This document shows positions 27,508-39,680 of a stretch of DNA of 49,613 nt, piece after piece. The translations under genes were made by a program, and so were the position numbers. Numbering within the stretch: position 1 is the first letter of the stretch; each line of letters opens with the position of its first letter. The stretch is from NCBI GenBank assembly GCA_040285855.1, contig JAUFOQ010000010.1, positions 2,046,001-2,095,613 on the forward strand, in the 5' to 3' direction. The notes under the pieces were generated by a model. That model was not told the DNA's origin. It saw only the letters and a list, made by a program, of their open reading frames with translations, and did not search any database. The stretch comes from Eukaryota sp. GEM-RC1. Lineage: Eukaryota.

Positions 27508-27544
27508 AAAGATATAGTAGTAGAAGACCATCTTTCTTAAACAT

Positions 27545-28121
27545 ATGACATCTCCTCATTCTCTTCGCATTCAAAAAGACGTTATGAGACTGGCAATGGC
27601 AGGCTACAAGGTTGATACTACTGATGATCTTCGTACCATCTATGTTGCTTTTGATCCTCCAAAAGATACTCCTTATTATGGCTTTCGTTTCCAAAGTCAG
27701 GATAGAGTTTCCTACAAATTATCCTTATAAGTCTCCTTCAGTTGGATTCTGTACGCCGATCTACCATTGTAATGTTGACCTTGCTTCAGGTAGTATTTGC
27801 CTTGATGTTTTATCCCAAAATTGGAGCAGTCTTTACAACTTGAATCACATTTTTGACGTCTTTCTTCAACAACTGCTCATGTATCCCAATCCCAGTGATC
27901 CGTTAAACGGTGAAGCTGCACGTTTACTGTTACGATCATCTGAGGAGTACATTACTAAGGTACGTACACACGCACAAGCAAACGCAGAACTACTTGCTAA
28001 ATCACCCTGTTCCCCTTCAACTTCGAGGGTTTTGTTCGGAGATGATACTAAAACAGGGCATTCTGATCAGTTACTGGTGGTTGATGATTTTGACGATCTT
28101 TCAGATGTTAGTGATTGCTAA
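27545..28121 (+). CDS. Ubiquitin-conjugating enzyme E2 (Ubc8/UBE2H-like)
   Basis: PKDTPY, YPYKSPSVGF, IYHCNVD..SGSICLDVL, LLMYPNPSDPLNGEAA. One extra C at ~27691. Confidence 0.92.
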
Positions 28122-28573
28122 TCTGTATTGGCAGTTTTGCACTGTAAATAAAATCTCATTGTCTGTATGTTGACTAATACGTTATTCTACTGCTAGTACG
28201 ACTTTTAGAATTTTCTAGATCTTGGAATCGGATCGGATAATCCGATCGGAGCGATTTTCTTGGTTTTGTTTGGATTCGGATTCGGATCGGATTTATCCTA
28301 CCAGATCCGAAATATCCGATCGGATTTCTAATGATTTTGATATTGCTGTGGACGCAAAATACATCTGATTAACTTAACTAATACTAATATAGATTCATTA
28401 GTTGGTGTCTTTGAGTTATTCTTTTACAAAAGCAATTATTGTAATTAACTGAATTGATCATAAACCCCGTTTCTTTGTTAATAATACATGTTATTTAAAT
28501 CGATTGATATGAAGAAATGACTGTTGAAATGACTCCTCCCTAAGTAAATTCGGAAACTCCATTATGTTTCAAA

Positions 28574-29171
28574 CATACCTGAAAAATACATTCATATTGT
28601 ATTTTTTGTATTTTTTCTAAGTTGTGCATTTCTGGTACATGTACCGTAACTGAAAGTGTGCTATCTTGTAGTGTCAATGTTGCTTCTTGCTTCCAACTTA
28701 CAATAAGCTACATCTATTTGGTTTCTCAACAACAATGTCAAAAACATTAAACGACGAAGTCATTTTAATCTATTGTTGCAAATAAAGTACAATTAACAAT
28801 TGTTATCTCAAAGCTAAATGTAAAAGACAAAAGAACACAAATGTTAACCTTCAAGTTTCTCTACTATCACGTAACTCCATATCCTCTCTTGATTACTTAC
28901 TTTTAAAATGTACTTTTCATAATTTCCAGGAGTTTCCAGAAGTACGGAGTTTTGCATTATCAAAAAGCGGAGAGAGTTGGTGTCAAATGTTGTGTCAAAG
29001 AAAAGGAAGAATGTTGTGTGTACACTACTATACTTGCCAGTAGCATTGTCGTCATTGTGATTCGAAATTGCCACGTCATTGTATCTGTACTTCTTTGTAT
29101 TTTTTGTTGTATTGTATTTTTTGTATTTTTTGTATTGTATCAGATCAAAGTGGTTGTATTTTTTAGGTATG
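28574..29171. mobile_element. hAT-type MITE (598 bp)
   Basis: TIR CATACCTGAAAAATACA / TGTATTTTTTAGGTATG; 8-bp TSD GTTTCAAA on both sides. Confidence 0.9.
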
Positions 29172-29337
29172 GTTTCAAATGTTTTACTATTCGGATGTAG
29201 ACGTCCTCTCGGATTCTGCCACCAGTAACAATGAAGTCCATTAATTTGGTGGAAGATAAATGACTCAATTCATGAACAAACCTTGGATTGATTTATGGAT
29301 GATGATGGACTTTTTCTTGATGATGGCAATCAATGTT

Positions 29338-32300
29338 TTGTTTCCCTCTTCATGACTTTTTATGCCTTCTTCTTCCCTTTCATCTAAACCTTCTAGAGGT
29401 CGCCCTAAAGGCTCTACATCGACTTGTTCATTTTGTAAAGTTGCAGGGCATACTAAGACCACTTGTCCCAAGCGTAAAGCCACTCTCATTGATCCAACTG
29501 TTAAAGCTGCTTTTGGTGAAGTTTTTGATGTTCAACAAAGTTTGCCTGTTGTTACATCACCTACTTGTGAAGATAACTCTTAGCCTTTGCCCCCTGACGT
29601 TTTGCCTGGTGCTGTTCAAAAAATCTGCAAACTGTGTAGTAAAACTTGTGTCTCATGTCTATCTGAAGGTACTACCTTTTTATGTCTTGAATGTGCATCG
29701 CTTGATCCTCTTAGACCTCCTATCAAAATTCCAAATCAACTTAGTCCAAAAGCATCTATTCCTTTTTCCGTTGCTTTCCGTTCCTTCACAATCTCTTTGA
29801 AATCAGGGAAGTGGGATATGATTCCTGTCTGGAAGTATTTCTTTGACAAACAAGTACAGAAGAATCCAGCAAAAGTTCCTGAAATTTTTCACCCTTCTAA
29901 AATATCCGTTGATAAACATATTCGTCAGCAGTTACTTCGTGGTCGTTATGGTTTTGCTAAAGATTCTCTTATTTCGTCTAAACTAGCTCCTTTTAATGAC
30001 GATACTGTTTCTCAATTACAATCTTTGCATCCCAAGGAAAATTTTCATACGGAAGTTCCACTTTCTCCAACATACTAGAGAAAAAATCCTATTTTATCTG
30101 ATGAGTTATTAAATTTGATCTTCAAGTAGCCATCTGGGAAAGCTCCTGGACCTTCTGGTATTACTTTTGATATTTTAAAAGCAGTCTGTAGACAAAATTC
30201 TTTAATTGTTGATGACATTTGTGACTTTTTCAATGACATTCTTTTGCTATCAAATTTAATACAAGCTTTGCCCCAAAAGAACTCAGTGCCTCGCGTTGGG
30301 TTGCTTTAGTGAAACCAAATGAGAAAATTCGTCCAATTGCTGTCGGGGAATCGATATATAGAGTTTTCTCATCTCTAGTGTTCTCTAGAATTTTGAACAA
30401 AGCTCAGAAATATTTTTCCCCTTTTCAGTATGGAATTAAAACAATTGATGGTGCTTCAGTTGCAGCTTTGACATCTAATCTTTTCTAACCACCAAAATTG
30501 ACACTTTTATTTTTAATCTTGACTTTAAAAACGCATTCAACTCGGTTAAACGTGCAGCTATTTTGCCACAATTACAAGAACATTTTCCAGAATTGGAATC
30601 TTTTTTCATACTTTTTATGGTAATTCTTCTGATTTGGTCTACAACTCGGCCAATCTTTCTTCTTTAACCGGTGTTAAACAAGGCGATCCTCTTGGTCCTT
30701 TTTTCTTCTGCCTTGCTATTCACCCCATCCTCAACCATCTTAAATCCAAGAATAAGGATTTGGAAATTGTGGCTTATATGGATGACATTTCATTTATCGC
30801 ACCTTTTGAGACTATACAAGCAATTTCTGCAGAAGCTGCCACTTTGTATGAAAAGATTGGTTTAAATTTAAATATTCAAAAATGTTTCGTTATAGAAAAA
30901 GAACCAAAGTTATTAACAATTCGTTCAATTGAAGTTCCTTTCATTAGTTATTCTGCTTCAAGTTTCAGATTTCTTGGTTGTTTTTTTGGTAAAAAAGAAG
31001 ATATTGTCAAAACCTTGATGATTATTTGAATTCGATTCAACAAGAGTTGGATAAGATTAAAGTTCTTGAAATTGAAAAACATTTAATATTCTTCATGCTC
31101 AAAATTTGTTATTCTGGTAAAATTACTCATCTTTTAAGGTCCCTTGCTCCTGAGTTATCGTATGATTTCTGCAGAGCTTTTAACAAAATTCGCACAGACT
31201 TTCTTTCATTTCTCCTTGAAGTCAACCCCAATATTTTAAATACCTACACATTTTCCAGTCCATATCTTGGAGGTTTGGGATTTACATCTTCTAAATGGTG
31301 GACTAAAGCAGCTTTTATTGGTGGTGGAAAGAATTTTGTTTTCGAGTTTTGTAATCAATAGATATCCATCAAGAACTTCTCTTCTTGAAAGTACTAGCAG
31401 CTTTTATCTTAATCATCTCCGTGGTGAAATAGGAAATCTTTCTCCTGAGCTATGGTCAACTTGCTTTCCTGTTGATATCAAAGAAATACCATGTCGGAAC
31501 ATTTTGTCTTTAAAGTTTCCTTTAAAAAAGCTACAAAATCATTTATTAAAATATTTTGAAAGTTTAGATTTTACAGTCCGTCTTAGCTTGGCTAAGGAAA
31601 AAATCCAGCTTTCGCTAATTTTTTTAATTGATTTAAAGGAGAGTTCTGCTGTGGCATTAATTAATCAAATTCCACAAGTATATGGTTTGTTATTAAATGA
31701 TCATCAATGGACCACTACAATGAGACTTCGTTGTTATTTATGGCCATATAATTTGCCAAATGATCTTCAGTGTAGCTGTGGAAAACAATTAACGTTTTCT
31801 CATCTGTTAAGTTGTAATCGCTACATAGCTTATCGAACGTGTGTGCATGATGCTGTAAGAGATCAAATACATGTTATGTGTAAGTCTTACAAAATTGAGT
31901 AATTTGTTGAACCACTTTTAAGATCTTTAGAACCAAGTAATAATTGTAATGTCGAAAAACAGAACCAATTGTTTGGTAAACGGAGAGCAGATGTTGTTGT
32001 CCCTTGTTCTTCAGACAAATTGTTTGTTGTTGATGTAGTGTCGGTGGATGTTTGTAAAAAGACATCTTTAAAGAACGCTTCGTCTGAAACTTCTCCTTTA
32101 GACATTTCTGAACATGCCAAACAGGATAAGTACAAGAAACCATTGCTAGCTTTAAAACATGTAAAACATGTTGAATACGAATTATGCCCCTTTGCTGTTT
32201 CCAATTTACGGACGTTTAGGAAAAGTGCAATGAATTTTTTAAACGATTTCGGAAAAATCGTAAAAAATAGGATGAACAAACGTTTTGATCATATGTTATG

Positions 32301-32494
32301 GTTGAATCGGATCGTTTTTACTGTTTTTAAAACAGTTCCCCTAATCATCTCCAAAGCTTTATTAGCAGTGAGTGCCTTTTATGAGGACACAGCTGTTGTA
32401 AGGTTTGATAGCGACGGGTGTTGTTTTAATGACATCAAATTTTAGTTGTTTTATCTATTACATTTATAATAAACTCTAGTAGTGTAAAAAAAAA
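29338..32494 (+). mobile_element. CRE-like non-LTR retrotransposon (zinc knuckle, RT, RLE), decayed
   Basis: CSFCKVAGHTKTTC; GKAPGPSG, IRPIAVGE, LDFKNAFNSV, GVKQGDPLGP, YMDD; CSCG..HLLSC, HDAVRD, RADVV..VVDV..KQDKY; A9 tail at 32486-32494; possible TSD AATCAATGTT/AATTAATGTT; several stops and frameshifts. Confidence 0.9.
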
Positions 32495-32882
32495 TTAATG
32501 TTACTTTTTGACTAATAAAAAATCTTAATAGAATTTTGTTATCCTTCCTTTTTACAAAAAACAAATGCAAAGGACGTCATTTCTTTATAGGAATTTTCGG
32601 TGTCTAGTGTTTCATAGCTCTTATTATGATATGTATTTTTGTATCCTCCATCAATAAACTGTCTTTTTACTACACCAGAATCAAAGAAATGTATTAGATA
32701 AAAAAAGCTCAATCCGATAGGATCTTTCGGATCGGATTCAGATATTGAACACCAGGATCCGGATCGGATTCAGATTTTGATCAGTCAGATTCACGAATGT
32801 AAAATAAATAAATGTATTGTACAATAACAATAAATATATTTATTGTTGTCTTATTGTGACATCTCTCTCAACAATGTATTTA

Positions 32883-33841
32883 CAGTCTTCCCCCGGATTA
32901 TGTCCACCTCTTGGACTGGACATAAACCGAATTTGGACATAAACCGAGGGTTGCTTCGGTGCAGAGTGAACAGATATATATGGGTGTTTATTGTTATGTG
33001 AAATAAAAGCTAAAATGAGGGCCATTCTACTGATGATACAGGTGGGTTCCCGGTCTCAGTAAGACGGGAGAGAAGGGGTTCAAAGATAAGGCAGTGACAC
33101 ATTGACAAATTTGATATCATTCTTGATGTTATAGTAAACAAAGAAGGGCTAGCTATGAAGAACACAAGACAGCAAGTACATCTGAGATAACTGAAGCATC
33201 ATCACCACAAAAAACAGAAGGGTTGGAGGAGACAAAATCTCCTCCCAAAAAAAAAGAATCTGAAAGCGGAAATCAGATGAGAACGATGTGTAGAAAGCTG
33301 TTGAAGGAATGAAAACGGAGATAGACCAACAAAATCCATCAAAGGTGAGGGAGGATCATGTGGTTGCCTTTAAAACGACGGATATTCTAACCCCTGAGAG
33401 GATGTATGAGCTCATTTAATGTTCTTGGTGCCTTCCTCCTCCAGCAAAACGTATCTACTAAAGACGTAGTCTGGTCACGGCAGAAAATATTCCCTTTGAG
33501 ACCAAATTGTGTCCGCATCCAACCCTACCCTTATATATATCAAAACAGTGGACGAGAACAGAAGAAGAAAGAAAGTGGGACATTTGTGGTGTGATCTGGT
33601 GCAAAGTGTGTCTAAATAACACAGAAGACTCTTTGTACATCATCTTCTGGAGGAAAGTGTGTGAAGAGCAGAAAGGTTGGAGTTGGGCTCCAAATGTGAA
33701 GTTAAAGACCATAGAATGTAAGCGTGTTTATTGCATATGTCGATAGAAATGAGATCGGTCGATGGACGATCAACAGAGAGATGAAGATCGATCGACAAAA
33801 GTTGAACAGGAAAATTTTGGACATAAACCGAGTTTGGACTG
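32883..33841. mobile_element. Tc1/mariner (pogo-like) non-autonomous element
   Basis: TA|CAGTCTTCCCCCGGATTATGTCC ... GGACATAAACCGAGTTTGGACTG|TA with internal GGACATAAACCGA repeats. Confidence 0.75.
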
Positions 33842-33889
33842 TACTTATGCCACTTTGATATGTGCTTTATTTTGATTTTATTGGACCAC

Positions 33890-33979
33890 TTTATTGCAAT
33901 ATATAGCACCAATACCATTATTGATTGGGGGCAAAAATTTCGTAGCAATACTATTGTAATAAATTGTTGCCAGTCCCTG
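33890..33979. mobile_element. Solo end related to the 35481-36332 hAT MITE
   Basis: Ends CAGTCCCTG with upstream ATTGCAAT/GCAATA motifs. Confidence 0.5.
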
Positions 33980-34706
33980 GTTTCACCTATAGTAAGACTG
34001 GAAGTGCTGCAACATGTTGCATACTTGAACTCATGCAATTCACAACATGTTGGTCCTTGAGCTCTTAGACTCTGTGAGGTATTAGAGTGTATGAATACAA
34101 ACTTATGGAAAATTTTGATAGTTGTTTTTCATTGAAAATCCATAGTGATATGGTGATCTTTAAACCTTCACGAAGTCCTAATGCGAATGTTTTTGTATTA
34201 GTGCGTCATTATCTCTGTCGAATATATTAATTGCATTTTTCCAATAAATTTATTGCAACGGGCAAGCTGATGATAGTGAAGTTAACGATACCGAGTTGAT
34301 ATCTTCACCTCTGATGACGTGGCATCATTTGTTCGTCTTCTTAATTCTTCTATTCGTATCAACGTTGACCTTACGACAACAATGACTAACTTGAGCCATT
34401 ACATTAATGAACCACGAAACGTACCACAAATTCATATTTGTTCACAGACCACAATGTCTATAGCAGTATTGAAAACGTACAATAGATATTGCAATACACT
34501 TTCGGCATCCCTCAGCCTTCTCATTTGAAAAATTCTCACCGGAGAAGACTACTCAGAGGTTTCCAAAGAAAGAAAAGCACACAAACCCAATATCTTTGAA
34601 GTACGTACTTTTTAGAACACTGAAGTATGGATTGCATTGGGGTCGGATTAGTTGTACTAATGATATATGTAAAAATTGACAAATATTTAGATGGTACTGT
34701 ATACTA

Positions 34707-35438
34707 TCAATTTAACGATTGGATAGAACGAACAATAAAAGTAGGAAAAGAGTCGAGAAGACATTTGGCTACAGAAGGGTCGGTCTCACACATGTATTGA
34801 TTGACCAATTTACGTTTGAGTCTCATACGTCTATTACTAAACCAATAGTTGACCTGAACTACAGAAAGACCCCCAGTTTCTGCCAGCTGCTGCTTGTCTG
34901 CTTCCGAAGGATAAGGGTTATCTACATGCAGATCCCACCATTGAGACAGGACAGTATTTGCATTGGGGGGAAGATGTCGAGATGGGGTTGACAATGACAC
35001 GGTTGCCAATAGACCCCGACACTCTTCCATAAATTGCCTCATGATAAGATCCTGATAGGGACGCACTTTGTGATTAAACCCAAAACTGGTGAAGACATTA
35101 TCCAAATATTGAGTGGGACATTGAAGTAGATCAAACTGTTTGCGAAAATCTACTAATAACTGAGTATAAGTAGGTCCTATTGCTCGTTCATACACAGGAA
35201 AGCGAGAAACAGGAATCCCATTTTGGTGCAGAAACGATGAAAGGGATGGAAATTTGACATCCTTGTCAGGAACGGGGAGAGTATTTACAAAAGACAAACA
35301 ATGATCAATGAAATTTTGAGACAGTGACTGAAACACAGTGAAGAGTGGAGAGTGCTGAAGAGATGATGTTAAATCATTCATCTCTGCAACTATTTGGTTT
35401 TTATGAAGAGAGTGGTTGAATCTCAATGGTAAAGTCAT
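34707..35438 (-). CDS. TALE-class homeodomain transcription factor
   Basis: RHLPPNANTVLSQWWDLHVDNPYPSEADKQQLAETGGLSVVQVNYWFSNRRMR (PYP loop, WFxNxR). Confidence 0.9.
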   Translation of the reverse strand: MTLPLRFNHSLHKNQIVAEMNDLTSSLQHSPLFTVFQSLSQNFIDHCLSFVNTLPVPDKDVKFPSLSSFLHQNGIPVSRFPVYERAIGPTYTQLLVDFRKQFDLLQCPTQYLDNVFTSFGFNHKVRPYQDLIMRQFMEECRGLLATVSLSTPSRHLPPNANTVLSQWWDLHVDNPYPSEADKQQLAETGGLSVVQVNYWFSNRRMRLKRKLVNQYMCETDPSVAKCLLDSFPTFIVRSIQSLN

Positions 35439-35460
35439 TGACAAAGGGTGAAGAAAATTT

Positions 35461-36988
35461 CAGTGATGACGGGTACCAATCAGGGACTGTCAAAAATATA
35501 TTGCACTTTTGCAATAATTGCAATATTGTGTATTGTGTATTGCAATACTGTATTGCAGCCTCATTTTGTATCGCAATATATTGCAATAATTTCAATTTTG
35601 AACAATATTTTTAGACCAATGTTTTTCTGTTACTTGAGACTTCTTTAGCAACATAATACACCAGTGTTATTTTTTTGTGTACAATTGAAAGTCTATACTA
35701 CAAGTAAGTAGTATCTGTCAGATCTGACTAACAAATGTAAACTAATATCATTCTCCACATCATCTTACATGACGTGTCATTCTAGTCCCGTTCGAAAACA
35801 GATGGTAAAAGCCTACTATTCAACTATCTCCCGGAACTCAACTCCATCAATGTAATTCTGTGATAGTAAATGACGTGAGTAGTGATGATGATGAAGTTGA
35901 AGAAATTGCTGAACGTCCTGGACCTGTTTCCTCTGTTTAAAGATGTCTTAACTCGAATAAAAAAAATCAATTAAATTTCTTTCCAGAAACATATAAATGT
36001 TGCAAAACGACTTTTCAGTAGAACTCGAATGGCGCAAGTGTTGTCAAAACACTACTTATCTAATCGGAATTTTGCCAATCAACTATGTCTCTTTGTAACT
36101 AGAGAGTATTAGGACATTAGATTGGTTCACAAGACGGGAATCAGAAACTGCTCAAATTAGATATCACTTAATGATGTTCTTATGGTTTATCAGTGGAATT
36201 TAGACAATAAATACTCTCGTCAACAATATTTATATTGCTACCAATTATTGCAATATATTGCAGTATTGCAATACTGTATTGCAAATCATTTTGGCCCTGC
36301 AATATATTGCAATATATTTTTGACAGTCCCTGGTACCAATGGTACCCCGGGTACCATAATTTTGGGTACCATCGTGGTACCCTCTTTTCAAAAATCCAAT
36401 GTGGGTACCATGTTTTTCAAGTTCCTTTATAAAGCCTCATATAGCATCTCAACACTACTAGTACACAACACAGTATAGAATTAACACTTTATCACAATAC
36501 AAAGTATGATACAGAATAACTAGACAATATTGTTCACGTCATCACCAAATTCGTCTAATGGATCCAGTACACGAACGAAAAATGGATCACCATAGTCTTC
36601 TTTTTCGTTCAAATCCTCCATGTTGGCTTTTAAATCCCAGTTTGTTTGATCAGATTAATCAGCATCATCAGGTTTAGAATCTTCAAAATCACTTTGTTCC
36701 ACTGCCAGCTCATAATCTGCTTCATCTACTCCAGTTCACACAAAATCTTGTGGTTGAAATTGTAATCAACGGCATCCATTTTGTTCTTGGCGGTGGTGGC
36801 CTGGGGCTCTGAGGACGTGGAAAAAAGAGGCAAGTTCGGTAGAGTAAAGATCCATGATGTAGGATAGGTAACAATACCAAATTGATACACGTGTCAGATG
36901 GTACCCTGGTGGTACCCACCATGGGATTTATGGTACCCCCGGTTACCATGGGGTACCATGAATGAAACCGTGGTACCCGTCATCACTG
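35461..36988. mobile_element. hAT-type MITE (outer) with GGTACC subterminal repeats
   Basis: 18-bp perfect TIR CAGTGATGACGGGTACCA; 8-bp TSD GAAAATTT. Confidence 0.93.
35481..36332. mobile_element. hAT-type MITE (inner, 852 bp) with ATTGCAAT subterminal repeats
   Basis: 25-bp perfect TIR CAGGGACTGTCAAAAATATATTGCA; 8-bp TSD GTACCAAT. Confidence 0.95.
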
Positions 36989-37927
36989 GAAAATTTATTC
37001 GAAGAATGTGCTGCTAGCAGTGTCTTAAACAGAAGAGTAACCAAAGTCTGGGTCATATCACTACAGTCCGGTCCTCGGTTCTTTGAGACAACTGATACAA
37101 ACATAATGTACGCATTTTGGTGCATTTCCGAAAATTGATTGGAAAAACCAGTGTTATCAATTTTGAGAAGTGCGCCAAATGTGCGCTTTTGCGCATTTTA
37201 CGCGTTTTGAATCTTGTGATCTTGCGTATTTTAACTTTGAGATTTTTTGTTGAATATTTTTGTACTTCTGTATAAGTCTCTAAATATAACAACAGTGATG
37301 TTGATCTCAAAACAGTGTTTTGCAGTATCTCTTTCGTTTGACAAATGTAAAGTTGTATTAGTAGTCACCACAACTCAATGATCATTTTGTTGATGTCACG
37401 ATGAGAATTGTTTTAAAATCTGTGAAGTTAGTGTGATTCAACCAAAACTTTTTATCAATAATCTGTTTTACGAATTTTTACGAACAATCTTAATCGATAC
37501 AAAACCATAAACGATTAATATTGTATAAAATACTGAATGAAAAATGGTTTAAAGACCATTTATTAAGAGACCAACGTCCACTGTTTGTCCTGAAAGTTGA
37601 AACACATTTTCTGTATAGAGTATGTGATCAACAGTAACAGTTGTTGAATGAGATTGGTCAATGAGAAGACGATGTGCGTTTTCGAGCTCTCACCTCAGCT
37701 TAAAGACTTTCAACGAGTTCTGGACCCGGTTTTGAACAAGAAAACATTACGTCGTTCCCGGTACAAAGTGTTGTTTCAAACGATTAGTTCCAGTGACGAA
37801 CTGGTGGACACAACGATGACAATGAACTGTAGGTTGCTATACAATTGTAGCGTGATGCCAAATGATGTGGGATTTTGATACATTTCGAAACGGGCATGGC
37901 ATATAGAGAATTATGAGTTCATGTACA

Positions 37928-39223
37928 CATACTTGTAAAATATCGTAGGTGTCCCTATACAAGCAACTTTATATCTTATACAAGCAAACACATTTTTTGC
38001 TTGTATTGGGACCTGCTTGTATTGGGACCCTCTTATACGGTGAAGTGACGAAACCTTTGTTTTCAATATATTACAGGGCCACATGCCCTATTTCGTAATG
38101 CTACTTGTACACTGTATTATAAATACAGCAAAAATATATAACAATACATCAATATGCCACATGCTTTAATAACAGTATTTTAATTTGTTCTATCAATACA
38201 AAATACAGTACATGTATTTGTCTGTATAGGAGCAAAGTTTTATTGACAGGGATTCTATTGCCTATTGTTTCCAATTGGATTTTGATACGCCCTTTTGTCC
38301 TTCTGATTTTTTAAATATCAAACAATACAATAACTCCATCGAGTTCTTCGGCCAAAAATCTGCAACAACACGTAAACACCCAAGTGGACACTATGAAGTT
38401 CGTCCACAGCTCCATACGTTGTAATAAATTTTAATAAACTTTGAATAGAAGTACAACTCGCTCGACATCCAGAATGCATGAGAAGAATACAAGCAAACAC
38501 TTTTACTTGCTTGTATTGGGGCCTTGCTTGTATTGGGGCCTTGCTTGTATTGGAACCTTGCTTGTATTGGGACACCTACGATACACGAGTTTTCATTTGA
38601 AAAATACAAAAATACATAAAATACAAAAATACATAAAATACACTAAAATACAAAGTAAAATACAAACATCCACGTCAGTCAATCTTCATCTCCACGACTC
38701 AACGCTAACGGTACAGTAGTAGATTGTTGACAACGTTTGCGTTTTCCTGCAGTTGGTGACACCGTATCCAACATTAGTGCGTCGTCATGGACCTCCACTA
38801 ACTCACCAATTCCATCGTCTTCAACTTGTACAACTTCCTGATTTTCTTGTTCAACATCAGGAAATTCATAAAATAGGTATAGTTTGGATTAATGGTATAG
38901 ATTGGGGAAGAGAAGTCATGAAGGAGGGTCTGGTGGAAATTATACTACCAGTAGTATGTTGAACTTTTTTTGTTTCATTTGATCATCATCTATTGTGGAT
39001 TTGACTCTGTGAAATGCAATCAGTTCATAAACAAACGATCTCCCAAACCAAAAAAGTAGGACGATCTCTATCTAATCGACTCATTTTACATCAAATCTGT
39101 GTTAAAAAAGCACTTGGAATGTGTGTTTGAAAAATACACTAAAATACAGTTTGTATTTTAAAACTCACTTTTGAAAAATACATAAAATACATAAAATACA
39201 GAAATCTGTTTTTTACAAGTATG
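37928..39223. mobile_element. hAT-type MITE (outer) with AAAATAC subterminal repeats
   Basis: TIR CATACTTGTAAAA / TTTTACAAGTATG; 8-bp TSD CATGTACA. Confidence 0.88.
37943..38581. mobile_element. Tc1/pogo-like MITE (inner, 639 bp)
   Basis: TA|TCGTAGGTGTCCCTATACAAGCAA ... TTGCTTGTATTGGGACACCTACGA|TA; tandem TGCTTGTATTGG motifs. Confidence 0.88.
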
Positions 39224-39680
39224 CATGTACATGTATCAGTATGACGAAACACGTGTTGGATAAATTCTGAGCAGAAAAGAATAACTCACCTTAAGATCAA
39301 CAAACTGAAAAAAACACATCTGTTTTTCACTTATGTTACAGCCGAACCAAGTCGATAAATTGGCACTGATTTTCAATGATTCCAGAACTGATAATATGAA
39401 GAGCTCAACAATAATCCAGACATTTAAAGTAAACTTTGGAGTAAACTTGAATTTTTTACCTTTATTCAATAATGTTTTATCTAGAACAGTAGAAATTGAC
39501 CCAAATTCCTTGAAGTGACATAGAAGAATGACATATCCAACACGTGTTGGACTTCTCGACAACACCATTCAACACGTGTTGAGGTTACTCCGAACATAGC
39601 ATAAAATGCCCGTATTTTGACGGATTTCATTTTTGGATAAAGTGGGAAAAACACTACATCCATATTGTAAATGTATCTGA

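Larger units (their letters stand above)
28216..32801. mobile_element. Old DNA-transposon shell with TCGGAT/ATCCGA subterminal repeats, carrying nested insertions
   Basis: GGATCGGAT/ATCCGA clusters at 28225-28330 and 32710-32790. Weak TIR similarity, no TSD. Confidence 0.55.

Noticed and set aside
400..27700. Genome-wide programmed frameshifting or RNA editing, since almost every gene has a frame break
   Set aside because: Most breaks fall in short homopolymers, go in both directions (+2 C in EF-1alpha, +1 T in kinesin, +1 C in PDK1 and E2, -1 A in RING-CH) and share no motif. Two T-run deletions are private to one repeat copy. Long-read error is the simplest explanation; short-read polishing would settle it.
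29581..30129. TAG reassignment suggested by three in-frame TAGs in the retroelement
   Set aside because: The contexts imply different original residues, the element also has frameshifts, and host genes (prosaposin-like, ceramidase-like) terminate in TAG.
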